Virus record (IMG/VR): IMGVR_UViG_3300014039_000024
Span: 1-64,000 of that record
From: a virus
Taxonomy: Duplodnaviria > Caudoviricetes
Reading direction: 5' to 3' (one strand)
Length of the DNA: 64,000 nt
Part shown: piece after piece, positions 40,236 to 50,925 of the stretch
Layout: every line of letters starts with the position of its first letter
Numbering within the stretch: the stretch's first letter is position 1
The notes under the pieces: model-generated
Seen by the model: only the letters and a program-made list of their open reading frames with translations
Told to the model about the DNA's origin: nothing
Database searches by the model: none
Position numbers and translations under genes: made by a program

Positions 40236-41153
40236 TTATTGATTTTTATTGGCGGTAGCAAAAGCCGCCTTCACCCAAGCGGGCATATCATCATCCTCTG
40301 AATTACCATTGTCATTCAGATTAAAAGTAGTAGCTCCATTGGGCTTACTATTTTCGTCAAGGTCGAAACTCACCTTGTTGCGAACACAAATAACAGATAA
40401 TTTAGCTTCAATGTCATCAAGAGAATACTTATCAATATTCTGAACAACATCAGCCTTATCTTCATCAGAAAGCATATAGAATTTAGCAATCATATCTTCT
40501 TTATCTTTCTTCTCTGCGGCATTTTTAAATTCGACAAGTGGAGCAAGTTGCTCTTTCAAGCCATTATTTTCAGTTTCAAGAGCCGCAAACTTAGTCTGTA
40601 ATTCATCATACTGAGCTTTAAGCTCGGTATACTCGACAATATCTTCAAGAGAATAATTCTTCTTTTTCTTCTTATCATCATCATTCTCACCATTGTCGCC
40701 TTCGCCAGACTTCTTAGAGGGATCACCATTATTTTCAGGATCCTTCTTATTACCATCACCCTCTGATTTATTATCAGTATCGGGATCATTTGATTTATTA
40801 TTTTTGCCCTCTTCCTCAGCCTTTTTCTTTGAAGCATAATCAGTCTCAAAAGCTTCAACATCAGCGAGAGCAAACTGAGGCTCTGCTGCAGGAGTATAAG
40901 ACTTAGTTACTTCAATTAAAGTATCGGAAGGAACAAAACCATTTATGTCTGTAAGAGAAAAGTCCATGCGATAATACTTTTGATCTTGTCTACTTTGAAG
41001 AATAGCAAACTTTTGTCCACCGTCTTCATAAACGCCTTCAATGCGATAAATAGAACAATAACTATCAGGTCCACTAGGATACTTATTCTCAATATAAGAC
41101 CAGAGAGAATTCCACAAACCATCGCCAATTTCAACAGTATACTGTGTAAACAC
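40236..41153 (-). CDS. Putative nested in-frame scaffold protein, 305 aa
   Basis: Internal AAGGAGG 7 nt upstream of an in-frame GTG at 41153; product is TAG-free. Confidence 0.55.
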   Translation of the reverse strand: MFTQYTVEIGDGLWNSLWSYIENKYPSGPDSYCSIYRIEGVYEDGGQKFAILQSRQDQKYYRMDFSLTDINGFVPSDTLIEVTKSYTPAAEPQFALADVEAFETDYASKKKAEEEGKNNKSNDPDTDNKSEGDGNKKDPENNGDPSKKSGEGDNGENDDDKKKKKNYSLEDIVEYTELKAQYDELQTKFAALETENNGLKEQLAPLVEFKNAAEKKDKEDMIAKFYMLSDEDKADVVQNIDKYSLDDIEAKLSVICVRNKVSFDLDENSKPNGATTFNLNDNGNSEDDDMPAWVKAAFATANKNQ

Positions 41154-41831
41154 TTTGGTTCCTCCTTCTTTTATTAATTCTTTAAGCTCATTCATCATGG
41201 AGAACAAAGTGTTCTTAAAACCATCATCGAATGAAAAATTCATATTGATTTGGGAGCCTTCAAAACAAGGTTCATTTTCTTCTCCCAAAATACAAAGTTT
41301 AGAAATAATTGCCTCATTTATAATAAAAAACTAAGGTTTTCCATTACTATCTTTTGCCCACGTCGCATTTAATGTTTTTTCATCAAGCTCCATAGATTGA
41401 TTATTACCCTAAGTAACAACACGACCGCACTCAGGATATTGGCCAGTCCACAAATAACCCTCAGTCATTAAATACTCACGTTCGACAACACCATCATCCA
41501 AAAACTTCTAAAACCAAACTTTAGCCCCAAGATCAACAAAACCATAAGGACGAGTAGTATCTTTCATCTTAAACTCGCCATTAGATAATTCAATGACCCT
41601 ATTATGCTCTTCAAAGTCGCCAGTGCCCTCATTGAAGAAACCAACAATAGGGCTACCTGGAAGACTATTAGCCATTTGAGTTGCAACATCTTTAGTAATT
41701 ACACTCTTATTGCGATTAGGTTTATCATCAACGTAGCAAACCTTAATCTAACATTTAGAAATTAAAGGATTTACAGGAGTTATATTTATAAACTCACAAG
41801 GTGTATTTAATTTAATACTTGTATGTTTCAT
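40236..41831 (-). CDS. Prohead protease-scaffold fusion, 531 aa
   Basis: ATG with AAGGAGG RBS; N-terminal CYV..PNRNKSVI and NNQSMEL protease-like motifs with four TAGs; acidic/coiled-coil scaffold C-terminus. Confidence 0.75.
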
Positions 41832-41840
41832 AAATCCTCC

Positions 41841-43487
41841 TTACTTCATTGCTTCTTTGTTTTGAATAGTTTTTTCACTTTTCTAATCATCAGGTTTCTC
41901 TGGACGACCTGCTTCACCACTTGATGCTTTAGCAGTTCCAGAACCTGAACTTCCTGAATTATTTTGAGTTTTATTGTTAGAAGATGAACCTTTTAAACCC
42001 AAAATATCTTCACTACCCATAGTAGAACTCATAAGAGGAGGAATCATAATTTCACTCAAATGTAAAATCTCATTTTCAAAATGAGCTGCATTAAGAATGA
42101 AACTCTATGAATGTCCAAGAGCAACTTGAGATAATAGCTTTGATTGTCCCATTTGAGCTTGCTCTTTATACATCTTAGAAAGTGTCTAATAATTATTTTG
42201 AGTAGTCTCTAATAAATAAAATCTAAAATTATATTTTTTATTACTACTCTTCTTTTCAATAATTCTATTAAAGAATATATTAAACTATAAAATTAAACTT
42301 CTTATTGTAGATTCATCATTTAAAACAGATTTTTCCAAAGCCATATTACCATCTGTATTAAATAAGTTTTGTGAGATACCCAATGAATTATAAACACTAC
42401 GCTCTACTTTTGCCAAATCATCTGTAGTTGTTGTAGTATTTTTATCAGACATATCAATAGAATCTACATCAGTAAATGTAGTTAAAACATCTACTCCAAT
42501 AGCTCTCTATAACATCTAAACTGCGTTATTATGAATATCTCTGGCTTCATCAACATCAAATATCAAATCACCATTCTTATCCATTGGGAGCTTTTGAACT
42601 AAAATTTTAAGTAATTTCTACATCTATTTCTTGCGGTCAAGGTCTTGAGCGGCATCCAAATCCATAATAGTTGGAATAGAATTTACAAAAATAGGAATAT
42701 CACTATTATTAATATTAAACTTAACGCAATTCTCGGGCTCAAGAACATACCAACTACCAGTATGCTGACAGCCAACCGCTTCTTCTAAAGCAAGTTTTCC
42801 TTGCTTATATAAAACATAACCTTTCGCGAATTCTTCAGGGAATAATTTTAATACCTTTAAACGATAATTCATATCTCTAAAAGTATCGAAAAACCGCATA
42901 TCGAATTCAACTACTGGTGTATTATTTACACTGTATCGTGTTCTACAATATCTAACCGGCAATTCTTGTAAAATTAAATTCTTTTCTGAAGGAACTATAT
43001 ATCCATAATAGCATCCATTTTTAACAACCTGCAAAGCGATATCTCCGCAAATCTTTTTAATATAACTATTATCAAAATAATTAAGCATCTTATAAAAGTC
43101 TTTTAAAACTTTTTCTTCCTTCACGCTATCATCATAAGTCTCCGCTGCGATATACCAATCATAACGATACAAGAAAGCAACATAATTACAAACACGTTGA
43201 TATACACCACTTATATCATAATAAAAATTAGAAATATATCTTAAAGCATTTAAATCTCTTTCAGCCAATGCTCGAAGCACATCTGGTTTCGTAATAACGC
43301 GGTTTTGGCCCGGATATCTAATTTTACCATAATCACCAAGTTTTAAGACTGCATCATCTAAAGTTTTTGTACCGACCTTTATTTTTCTGCTGGTATAATC
43401 GGTATCATAATAGCCATAATCATAACGCCCATTATAAATATCAAAACCTTTAGCATGAATCTAATCATTACGATCTTGCGTATCCAA
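41841..43487 (-). CDS. Portal protein, 548 aa
   Basis: TTG start with AGGAGGTGG RBS; TAG read-through gives a portal-sized ORF between TerL and protease; C-terminal GRP motif (AGRPEKPDD). Confidence 0.8.
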
Positions 43488-43500
43488 AGTTCCACCTCCT

Positions 43501-43857
43501 TTAATAACCTGCTAATTTCATTATATAATCATAAGAAATAAGGTTTTCATCGGTATATGGAATCTCTATTAATCTAAAATCATGTAAAGCACAAAAACGT
43601 CTTTTTTGATTATCATTATATTGCTATTGGTATAAACCGCGTTTTCCACCAAATTTAGAACTGGCTTCATAATGCTATTTTCCCTAATATTCAATAATGA
43701 AATCAATTTTTCCATCATCATCAAATATAACAAAATCAAAACGAAGAGGACGCCCATTTGGACTTTTTAAATCTGGGAAAATGTATTCCATTTTAAAAGG
43801 CAGTCCCGCTTCTTCTAGGATTTCTTCAATTTTGATTTCTCCTCTTGAAGCACGCAT
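43501..43857 (-). CDS. 118-aa PD-(D/E)xK/Vsr-like endonuclease
   Basis: ATG with AGGAGG RBS; PLRFDF..IIEY[TAG]GK[TAG]HY matches the IEYQGxQH motif; absent from the ORF track. Confidence 0.75.
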
Positions 43858-43869
43858 TTACTAACCTCC

Positions 43870-45609
43870 TTAATTTAAAAAGCACCAATCAGACGCATTA
43901 AACTTCTTACGCTTTTTCTTTTTATCTTCTTCAAGTTTTAAATAATATAATCCATATTCAAAAGCCGAAAATTTATCTTTACGAATTCCGCGATTTGCTT
44001 GTTTCAGTATAATATTAATACCTTCATTTTCTTCGCGTAAATTCATCATTTCTTCTTTTAATATGGAAGTTAATGTAAATGGTTTTAAATATTCTGCCCT
44101 TTCCTCGGGAGTCATCTTTTGACCCTTTTGAGTTGCTAATAGTTTTTCTTTAGCGGTTCTTTCATCAATTAGGAATTTCACCTTACCCGCTTGCAATTGA
44201 GTTTGTGCATTAGCATGACACTCAGTATTTATTGGGGCATTAGCTTTAATAACATACATAGCATCAAACTAAGTATTTGGTGTACGATATTTTTTATAAT
44301 ATCCTTCATCATCATTCTCAACGCCAAAATCAGGTAAAAACTCACCATCTTCATCATTTTGAGATTTTACCATATAATCCAAAAGTCCAATGCCTAAACC
44401 ATTACCATCTATAACTAATGTTCTTGCTTTATATTTATAAAATAATTTCTTTAATTTAATTGCCTAATCTTCAAAATGATCGTCCGCCATAGTATACATA
44501 TTAACTAATGATTTAATAGCCGGACCTTGAGCTTGTGGGGTTACTTTAAACACACAAACTACAGTATCGCATCCTTTACGACCTACATCTACAGAAAGCA
44601 CATAATATGCTTGAGCTCCTGCGCGTCCAGATGCTTCATATTCAGGCTAAAGTAATTTTCTATTTCTATCAAAATGTTCTCCATTAAAGAAAGCATCTTC
44701 AACCGTTCCAGACCACTTAGATTCATATTCACGCTCAAATGAAGCTTCATTATAAGTTCCTTCATTCTTCTGGTCTGTAATAAATGTTTTACTTTGTAAT
44801 CCTACTGCTACTGGTGTTCGCCATGTTCCGCCTAATACCATACAACGGTCAGGCTAAGTTACCATACGAACTAAGAAACCAATAAGTCTATCATAAGGAA
44901 ATGTGCCCTTATAACCAGCAGTAGTAATATAGATCTGTGATTTATTTAATGGTTCCTTCTCATTGGTAGTACCATCTTTTGCTCTACGTGAAATTGCCAT
45001 AACAGGAATAATAACTTCACGAAGAATAGCATCGTCAATACCAACGCACTCTTCCATCAGACCGCCATGACGACGCTGACCACGAGTACTTTCACGAGCT
45101 GCGAGGTTATCAAGGACTGAACCATTTTTAAACACATATCTAACTTTATCTTTTCCTTCAAGAGTTTTTCCTCGACTCCAATCGATTTCTCGATTAAAAC
45201 TAGGAATAAGTTCGCATATTTCTTGAACTTTATCATGAAGGATACTAGCACCTTGTTCTTTACCTCCAGAAGTAACAAACAAGTGTGCTCCAGGATATAA
45301 AATACATCTAATCATTAACGCCATAACTGACAAAAATGATTTAGAATAAGCACGAGGGAAAACTGCGTAAACATACTAATAACGCATAACAGAACGAAGA
45401 AATACTCTCTAATAAAAATAGAAATTAAATTCTCCATCTTTTATTTCTGTACGTCTTCCTCGCACCATAAAATCTACAAATAAATCAGGATATTCTCTCC
45501 AAAAGGCAACGTATTTGCGGATAATGGGCATTACCGCTTCTACTCGTTCAGGTGATAGACCTATTTTTCTACGACTATCACTTAATTCTAATAAATCTTG
45601 TAATGCCAT
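43870..45609 (-). CDS. terL: Terminase large subunit, 579 aa
   Basis: Q-motif FYFY[TAG]R, Walker A variant FPRAYSKS, Walker B GLMEE, ITTAG coupling motif, RNase H-like VLSVDVG, IDGNGLG, KDKFSA. Confidence 0.9.
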
Positions 45610-46802
45610 TATTTATCCAAACTCTATAAGAACTCATTATCTTGTGCGGATTCCTATTCTTTAAAATCCTCAAAATCCGCATAATCACTATCTTTAATAG
45701 TTCTTTCGAGTTCTTCAATACTTAAATCAGCATCATCAACAATATCACTTTCCGCGTTCTTTGCCTTTTCTTCATCTTCTTTAGCATTTTCGCGTAAAGC
45801 TTTTTCTACCATTGTGCTGATATTAGTTTCATCTTCAATAAGAGTACGAGTATAACGTTGCATATCTTGAATAGTCAAATCAACTTTATCATGTGGCTAT
45901 TCAACATAATATCTTTCAATATATCCTTCTTTTTCACATAATTCAATCAGCTCACCGATTGAATCAACAAATTCGCCAGATTCCGCTTTATTTTGGGCCG
46001 CGGTGAATTTACCGGACTTCATTAAACTATCATAAACTTTGCTCATCTTCTGGAAGCCTTCAATATCGCCAATGTCGATCAATTGATTCGCCTTTAAAGA
46101 TGTTTTACATATTAACTTTAATGTATCTTTATGCCCGGCTCCTTGAATATCATAAGAAGCCATCATTTCTTCATATAACTATTCAAGTTTAACCCATTCT
46201 TCAGGTTTATAAGTTTTACCCCACTTTAATCTTAAATAAGTGCGGTCTTCATCACTTAAATCTAAATCCTATTCAACTTCACCACTTTGCTAAGCGAAAT
46301 AATCTTCTGTAGAAGCATTAGGCGGTGGTGGAGCAGTATAAATAGGCTCTTTTAATTCGCCCTCCGGAATAATAGTTGAATTCTTTTCAATAGCAGTAGC
46401 AATCTATTGAGCATCATACCCTTGACGTTTCATAGTTTGCTCTAATTTATTGTTTGCCATCTATTGTAAGAATTCAGTATCTTTCCAACGATAATCTTTA
46501 AACTATTTGAGTTTCATTTTTGACAAATAACGTCCAAGGATTGTCATACCAGTAACATTCTGTGGATCGCGGGCATATTTTTCCATTAATTTATTCCATT
46601 CATCAGGAACATAAGGGACATCCGCTTCTTGTAAAATCCACAAATAAGTATCTGGATTCCAATTATCAACGTGCATTGTCATACATTTTTTACACACAGG
46701 GAATTTACCATCATTAGGATATTTTTCTAAATTATTAGATGAGTAAAATTCTGTGCCATTCATTGTGCGATTACATTTTTCGCAATAATACGTATCAGCC
46801 AT
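45609..46802 (-). CDS. 397-aa protein with N-terminal Zn finger, coupled to terL (possible small terminase-like subunit)
   Basis: ATG at 46802 with AAGGAG RBS; CEKC..CKKC; three fragments in frame via TAG; TAATG overlap with terL. Confidence 0.6.
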
Positions 46803-46850
46803 AAATAAAAATTCTCCTTTCAATTATTTATTATAAACAAAAGGACAACT

Positions 46851-47906
46851 TTAAGATTTTTTGGCCTTAGAATTTCGACAACTTTTACAAATACTATAAA
46901 AGCCATCTTTACTTGTTTTATTTTTACTAAAATATTTATTATGTGCTAATTTTATTTTACCACAACGACTGCATTTTTTATATTTACCTTTTTCGATATT
47001 TAAATAATAATCATCTAAATATTCGTCTTCCGCAGTCGAAGCAATTAATTTTGGAATTTTATTACGCCATAAACTTGAAATATATTCAAGGCTATGTTTA
47101 ATACCAAATTCCATTTGTATTTTCTCTTGAATGTCAATATTCTATAAACCATCAATTTTATATTCAACGATTCTATCATAAAGGGGGTAATTTGCTAAAG
47201 CTTTATCACAAAGTTTATCAAAATCTTCCATTAAATACCATAAATCTTTATCATATTCTCCCCAGCTATCTTGTTTTAAGCGAGAATAATTGCATAAAAC
47301 CGCAGAACATATTTCAGGTCTTAATAAACTAATTCCATCTGGAATAGGATATCCTTCATCATCAAAAATAAAAGTTTTATCATCTAAAGGAATATAAGAC
47401 TTAGATCTGGTTAATTTTGTAGGCGTTATTGGGCGACGATAAGCATTTTTAATAACATACTAATCTTTTCGCATTTCAATAAGAGCCTTTTTAATAACAA
47501 AAGCATCTTTACCTTCTGTTACTTTTAATTTAGCCTCCCAAACACTAATGGCTTCTCTTAACTAATTTAAACTTGGTATTTCTTCTAAATCTTTTTTTGT
47601 AATTGTAATATGTGGTTGAAAAATTGTATTTCTATTATCTGTAATTAAATTATAAATTCCATCTTCGCCATTTTCTAGTTGGGAAACAAGACCTTCAAAA
47701 GAAGTTTCACGTTTATTAACTGTAGCCATACGATTATCAGTTAATAGTTTTTTCTCCTTTTTTTCTTGTTTCTCCATACAAAGAACCAAATAGTCTGCTA
47801 AAATTTCTAAATACTTTTCAGGCGGATCTGGATTATCAGCCAAAATTTGTTCGACTAATTGATTTCTTTCTTCTGGAGTTTGTAAAGAATAATCAAGTTT
47901 TATCAT
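46851..47906 (-). CDS. 351-aa protein with HTH-like region and C-terminal Zn finger (candidate regulator)
   Basis: ATG with GGAGG RBS; three TAGs (47562, 47460, 47142); C-terminal CSRC..CKSC; sigma region-4-like segment YKIDGLQNIDIQ..SLEYISSLW. Confidence 0.6.
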
Positions 47907-47930
47907 TTTTTACCTCCAGTCTATATAAAT

Positions 47931-47959
47931 ATTATACTCGAAAAAATTTTTTCTGTCAA
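47931..47959 (-). promoter_or_regulatory. Consensus sigma-A promoter (leftward)
   Basis: TTGACA-17-TATAAT on the minus strand. Confidence 0.85.
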
Positions 47960-48044
47960 GTTTCATTTAAAATTTTTTTCTTTTTATATTTGAAAATTTT
48001 TTTAATAAAACAAATAACTTTTACCCAAGCACTTGTCCCGCGAT

Positions 48045-48073
48045 TTGACATTTTATTTTTTTTATTTTATCAT
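48045..48073 (+). promoter_or_regulatory. Sigma-A promoter (rightward, divergent)
   Basis: TTGACA-17-TATCAT. Confidence 0.75.
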
Positions 48074-48102
48074 TATTATAAGAAAAAGGAAAGGAGTATT
48101 TT

Positions 48103-48495
48103 ATGAAAACTGTTTTTATTGTAATATTGAGTTGTGCATTAGTAGCATCACTCCTTTTTTTATGGTTATATAGAAAAGCCTTTTGGGTATTATATAAAAA
48201 GATTGAAGATCAGCAGAAAGATTTAAATAAATGGCCAATAGCGCAATATGAATGTATGTTATTGCTAAATATATTTTATAATTATGATTTTGAAGGAAGA
48301 GCAGTAGATTTTTCGCGTTATGAAACGCAGGGGCTAATTGTTTATAATTGTTTTCATGATGTAAAAAATAGTCCAAAAGGAATTGCAGGGGATGGAGTAG
48401 TTTCATCTTTTTATAAACAAGCATTTGTATATGAATTAGATGATGGAACATTTGAATGGGAGGATATTGGAAATGAAGCGGAACCAGCCTTTTGA
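48103..48495 (+). CDS. 130-aa protein with N-terminal transmembrane anchor
   Basis: AAGGAG RBS; hydrophobic residues 4-22. Confidence 0.75.
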   Translation: MKTVFIVILSCALVASLLFLWLYRKAFWVLYKKIEDQQKDLNKWPIAQYECMLLLNIFYNYDFEGRAVDFSRYETQGLIVYNCFHDVKNSPKGIAGDGVVSSFYKQAFVYELDDGTFEWEDIGNEAEPAF

Positions 48496-48868
48496 AATGA
48501 AAGGAATAGATGCAGTAGTTTTTAGATTGGAACAAGAATATTTTAATGCAACAAAAGATAAAGATCCTTTTCTAAGAGATTGGAAAAAATTTAAAACAAT
48601 ACGAGTTGAAAGAAAAACTGATGGATCAAGAACAATTACTTATAAACCTTTAACAGATGCGGAAAAAGCTCAATTAAGTACAAAAGAAGAGCAAAAAGAA
48701 TATCAATTAAATAAATATAAATACGTGTTAGAGCATTTAATGGAAAAGTATGATATAGATACTATTAATAGATATATTGATAGTTGTAAATATAAAGATA
48801 AATTAATCGAATATATGGAGGAAAAGTTAAATGCGGAAACCACTAAATCCACTGAAAGCAACAGCTAA
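48473..48868 (+). CDS. 131-aa hypothetical protein
   Basis: GGAGG upstream of ATG 48473 inside ORF 48440-48868. Confidence 0.65.
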   Translation: MKRNQPFEMKGIDAVVFRLEQEYFNATKDKDPFLRDWKKFKTIRVERKTDGSRTITYKPLTDAEKAQLSTKEEQKEYQLNKYKYVLEHLMEKYDIDTINRYIDSCKYKDKLIEYMEEKLNAETTKSTESNS

Positions 48869-48968
48869 AAGATATCAGCAGAAGGCTACTTATTCTGCTA
48901 CTGCTGGATTATATACTCTTATGTGGGGAGAGAAGCCTAAAAGAGGTAGGAAGAAGAAAAATAGTTAA
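48831..48968 (+). CDS. 45-aa basic small protein
   Basis: GGAGG RBS; MRKPLNPLKATAKRYQQKATYSATAGLYTLMWGEKPKRGRKKKNS, TAA. Confidence 0.5.
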   Translation: MRKPLNPLKATAKRYQQKATYSATAGLYTLMWGEKPKRGRKKKNS

Positions 48969-49029
48969 TTTGTAAATAAAATAATATTTTATTCCGTATT
49001 TTGAAATTGAAAATTGATTTAGATTGTAT

Positions 49030-49093
49030 TTTGTCCAGACAAAAGAAAAAACGATGAATAAAAATTTATTTTTCCCGAAATACACCCCCCCCC
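49030..49093. other. Composition junction with palindrome and C9 tract (possible genome terminus)
   Basis: TTTTGTC-CA-GACAAAA palindrome, C9 at 49085-49093; AT-rich sequence to the left, visibly more GC-rich to the right. Confidence 0.4.
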
Positions 49094-49142
49094 TATGCGG
49101 ATTTTATTCATTCTCTGTTGGATAATAATGCAAAGGTATACC

Positions 49143-49244
49143 ACGAGCGATCCGCGCTCGTCGAGCTGCACAAAAACAGACCCCCGCCGACAAAAACTTT
49201 TGTGCAATCCGCCACTTGTATTCCGTGGCTGAATCTGCTACCAT
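49143..49244 (+). repeat. Early-arm element copy 1 (divergent)
   Basis: GC hairpin ACGAGCG/CGCTCGT; TGCACAAAA-22-TTTTGTGCA; promoter TTGTAT-17-TACCAT. Confidence 0.65.
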
Positions 49245-49305
49245 GTAACCATGCTGAACGACGCAAGCGTCGGACAGCAAATACATGATAAAGAGGAATT
49301 GAACC

Positions 49306-49686
49306 ATGAAGAAAGTCGATATTAAAAATGAACAGCGCGCCGTGCTCATCAATTATCTTGACGCAAAAGAAGCACTGGACATTGCAAGCAAGGCTGAAAA
49401 AGCCGCAAAAGCCGCCGCGAAAGATTTATTTGCGGATTTGGGCAAAGAATATAAAGCAAGTGAAAAATCCGATTTCTTGACGCTCTCTTTACAGAAACAG
49501 GGCGAGGTCAAGCACGTTGTCTATACTGAAACCGCGGCAAAAGGTGCTATCGACTGGCAGGCTTACGCGCTCGCGTTAGGCGGCACTCCGGCAGGCGCAG
49601 AGGAATACCGCAAGGCAGGCAATACCCGTACAAGCATCGCATGGGCAAGCGCCAAGCAGGAAGCGGAAATTGCGGAGAGAGGTTAA
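49306..49686 (+). CDS. 126-aa Ala/Lys-rich hypothetical early protein
   Basis: GAGGA RBS; stop codon at centre of a palindrome. Confidence 0.8.
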   Translation: MKKVDIKNEQRAVLINYLDAKEALDIASKAEKAAKAAAKDLFADLGKEYKASEKSDFLTLSLQKQGEVKHVVYTETAAKGAIDWQAYALALGGTPAGAEEYRKAGNTRTSIAWASAKQEAEIAERG

Positions 49687-49747
49687 CCTCTCTCCCATTC
49701 AAAAGAATAATAACGTGTTAGCGCGATAGCGCGGAAAGGGTCATACT

Positions 49748-50227
49748 ATGAAAATCATCAATCTCACTTCTTATACTTGCGCAGATATCAACAACATAGC
49801 GGAAAAGGCGCGCGATATAGTACGCGAGGGCCAGCGCAAAGTGACTGACTATATGGCCAGATATCAGACTATGGCGGGCACGTGGATGAAAGCCAGTGCT
49901 AAACATGAAAAAATCAACATAGCGACCGCGCTTGAGTGCTTGCGCTATGAGCAGGAACTCGCCAGTGACCTCGCCATTATTGCGAGTGTATGGAATACCA
50001 CGCGCTTTACCGTGGTGGAGTACAGCATCGTGGATAATGAGTTTGGCGATATCTATGACTATGTCGCTTATTTCCACGGCGAGGGCGAACGCGTCAAGTT
50101 TGAACGCGAGAACGCCAAGGTGGGCAACCGTCTGACCGTATTGACTACGTATGAATGCGGAATTGACCAGCTCCCCGACGATGAGCGGGAAGACGTCATC
50201 CGCGACCTGTTTAGCGAGTGGGTTTAA
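49748..50227 (+). CDS. 159-aa hypothetical early protein
   Basis: GAAAGGG RBS, TAA stop. Confidence 0.75.
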   Translation: MKIINLTSYTCADINNIAEKARDIVREGQRKVTDYMARYQTMAGTWMKASAKHEKINIATALECLRYEQELASDLAIIASVWNTTRFTVVEYSIVDNEFGDIYDYVAYFHGEGERVKFERENAKVGNRLTVLTTYECGIDQLPDDEREDVIRDLFSEWV

Positions 50228-50258
50228 CCCACTCGCACCAGAGAAGGGGGTCTGTATT

Positions 50259-50390
50259 ATGTCTACTATTGCTATTATCTGTCTCGCTTCTATCTGCGCT
50301 TACAATTTTGTGTATAGCGTGGATAGTAAAAAGCCCGCTCGCGCTATTGCCAGCACTGTCGCCCTTATGTCGCTTATCGCCATTCTGTGA
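50259..50390 (+). CDS. 43-aa two-helix membrane peptide
   Basis: AAGGGGG RBS; MSTIAIICLASICAYNFVYSVDSKKPARAIASTVALMSLIAIL. Confidence 0.6.
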   Translation: MSTIAIICLASICAYNFVYSVDSKKPARAIASTVALMSLIAIL

Positions 50391-50406
50391 AAGAGAGGAA
50401 AGAATT

Positions 50407-50766
50407 ATGAAAAACATCATCAACTATATGCTTGCTATTGCACTTCTTATCAGTGCTACTATGTTTGTATCTCACAACCAGACTACCGAAGCGTGTGAAG
50501 AAGCGCCGCAGTCATATGACCTTTCAGTCATTGATAATTGGTGCGGCGCTGGCACTGAAAAGGGAAGCATTCGTTTCGTGGGTGCAGAAGTCGAATCCCG
50601 AAACGGGGACGTTATCACACTGCTGGACGAACAGGGCAACCTGTGGAAAGTCGAGCATATGAACATTGATGACAATGACTTCTTGTTGCTGTGGATAAAT
50701 GACAATGATACATATGATGATTTTTCAGATGATGTTATCATTAAGGTATGGAGAGAAGCTTATTAA
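50407..50766 (+). CDS. 119-aa secreted/membrane-anchored acidic protein
   Basis: GAGGAA RBS; N-terminal signal-like MKNIINYMLAIALLISATMFVS. Confidence 0.75.
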   Translation: MKNIINYMLAIALLISATMFVSHNQTTEACEEAPQSYDLSVIDNWCGAGTEKGSIRFVGAEVESRNGDVITLLDEQGNLWKVEHMNIDDNDFLLLWINDNDTYDDFSDDVIIKVWREAY

Positions 50767-50782
50767 GCTTCTCTCTTCATTT

Positions 50783-50838
50783 TTCATTTTGATTCATAAA
50801 TATTCATACATATTCATTGCATATTCATACATATTCAT
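50783..50838 (+). repeat. Helically phased TTCAT/ATATTCAT direct repeats
   Basis: ATATTCAT at 50800, 50810, 50821, 50831; TTCAT also ending at 50787 and 50797 (10-11 bp period). Confidence 0.8.
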
Positions 50839-50843
50839 TTGAG

Positions 50844-50925
50844 CGGCGCGACGTGGGCCGCGGCGCGCCGAGTTTTGCAATAGGCAAGTTGCACAAAAAT
50901 TTTTAGATGAATTTGTGCATTATGC
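50844..50925 (+). repeat. Early-arm element copy 2
   Basis: 27-nt hairpin CGGCGCG/CGCGCCG at 50844-50870; TGCACAAA-14-TTTGTGCA at 50890-50919. Confidence 0.8.

Noticed and set aside
38585-40443. Plus-strand ORFs overlapping capsid/scaffold genes (e.g. 38585-39145, 39853-40242)
   Set aside because: Antisense shadows of codon-biased genes, with no RBS or recognisable motifs.
8776-43487. TAG within the first 10 codons of five late genes as deliberate 5' gating
   Set aside because: With about 25 TAG-containing genes a few such cases are expected by chance; needs a permutation test before claiming.
43870-45609. Intron or intein in terL
   Set aside because: The 579-aa read-through product has the expected motif order with no insertion.
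1-47906. Fragmented ORFs as pseudogenes, frameshifts or sequencing errors
   Set aside because: The breaks checked are all TAG, fragments stay in one frame, and read-through gives full-size genes with RBS and TAA/TGA stops.
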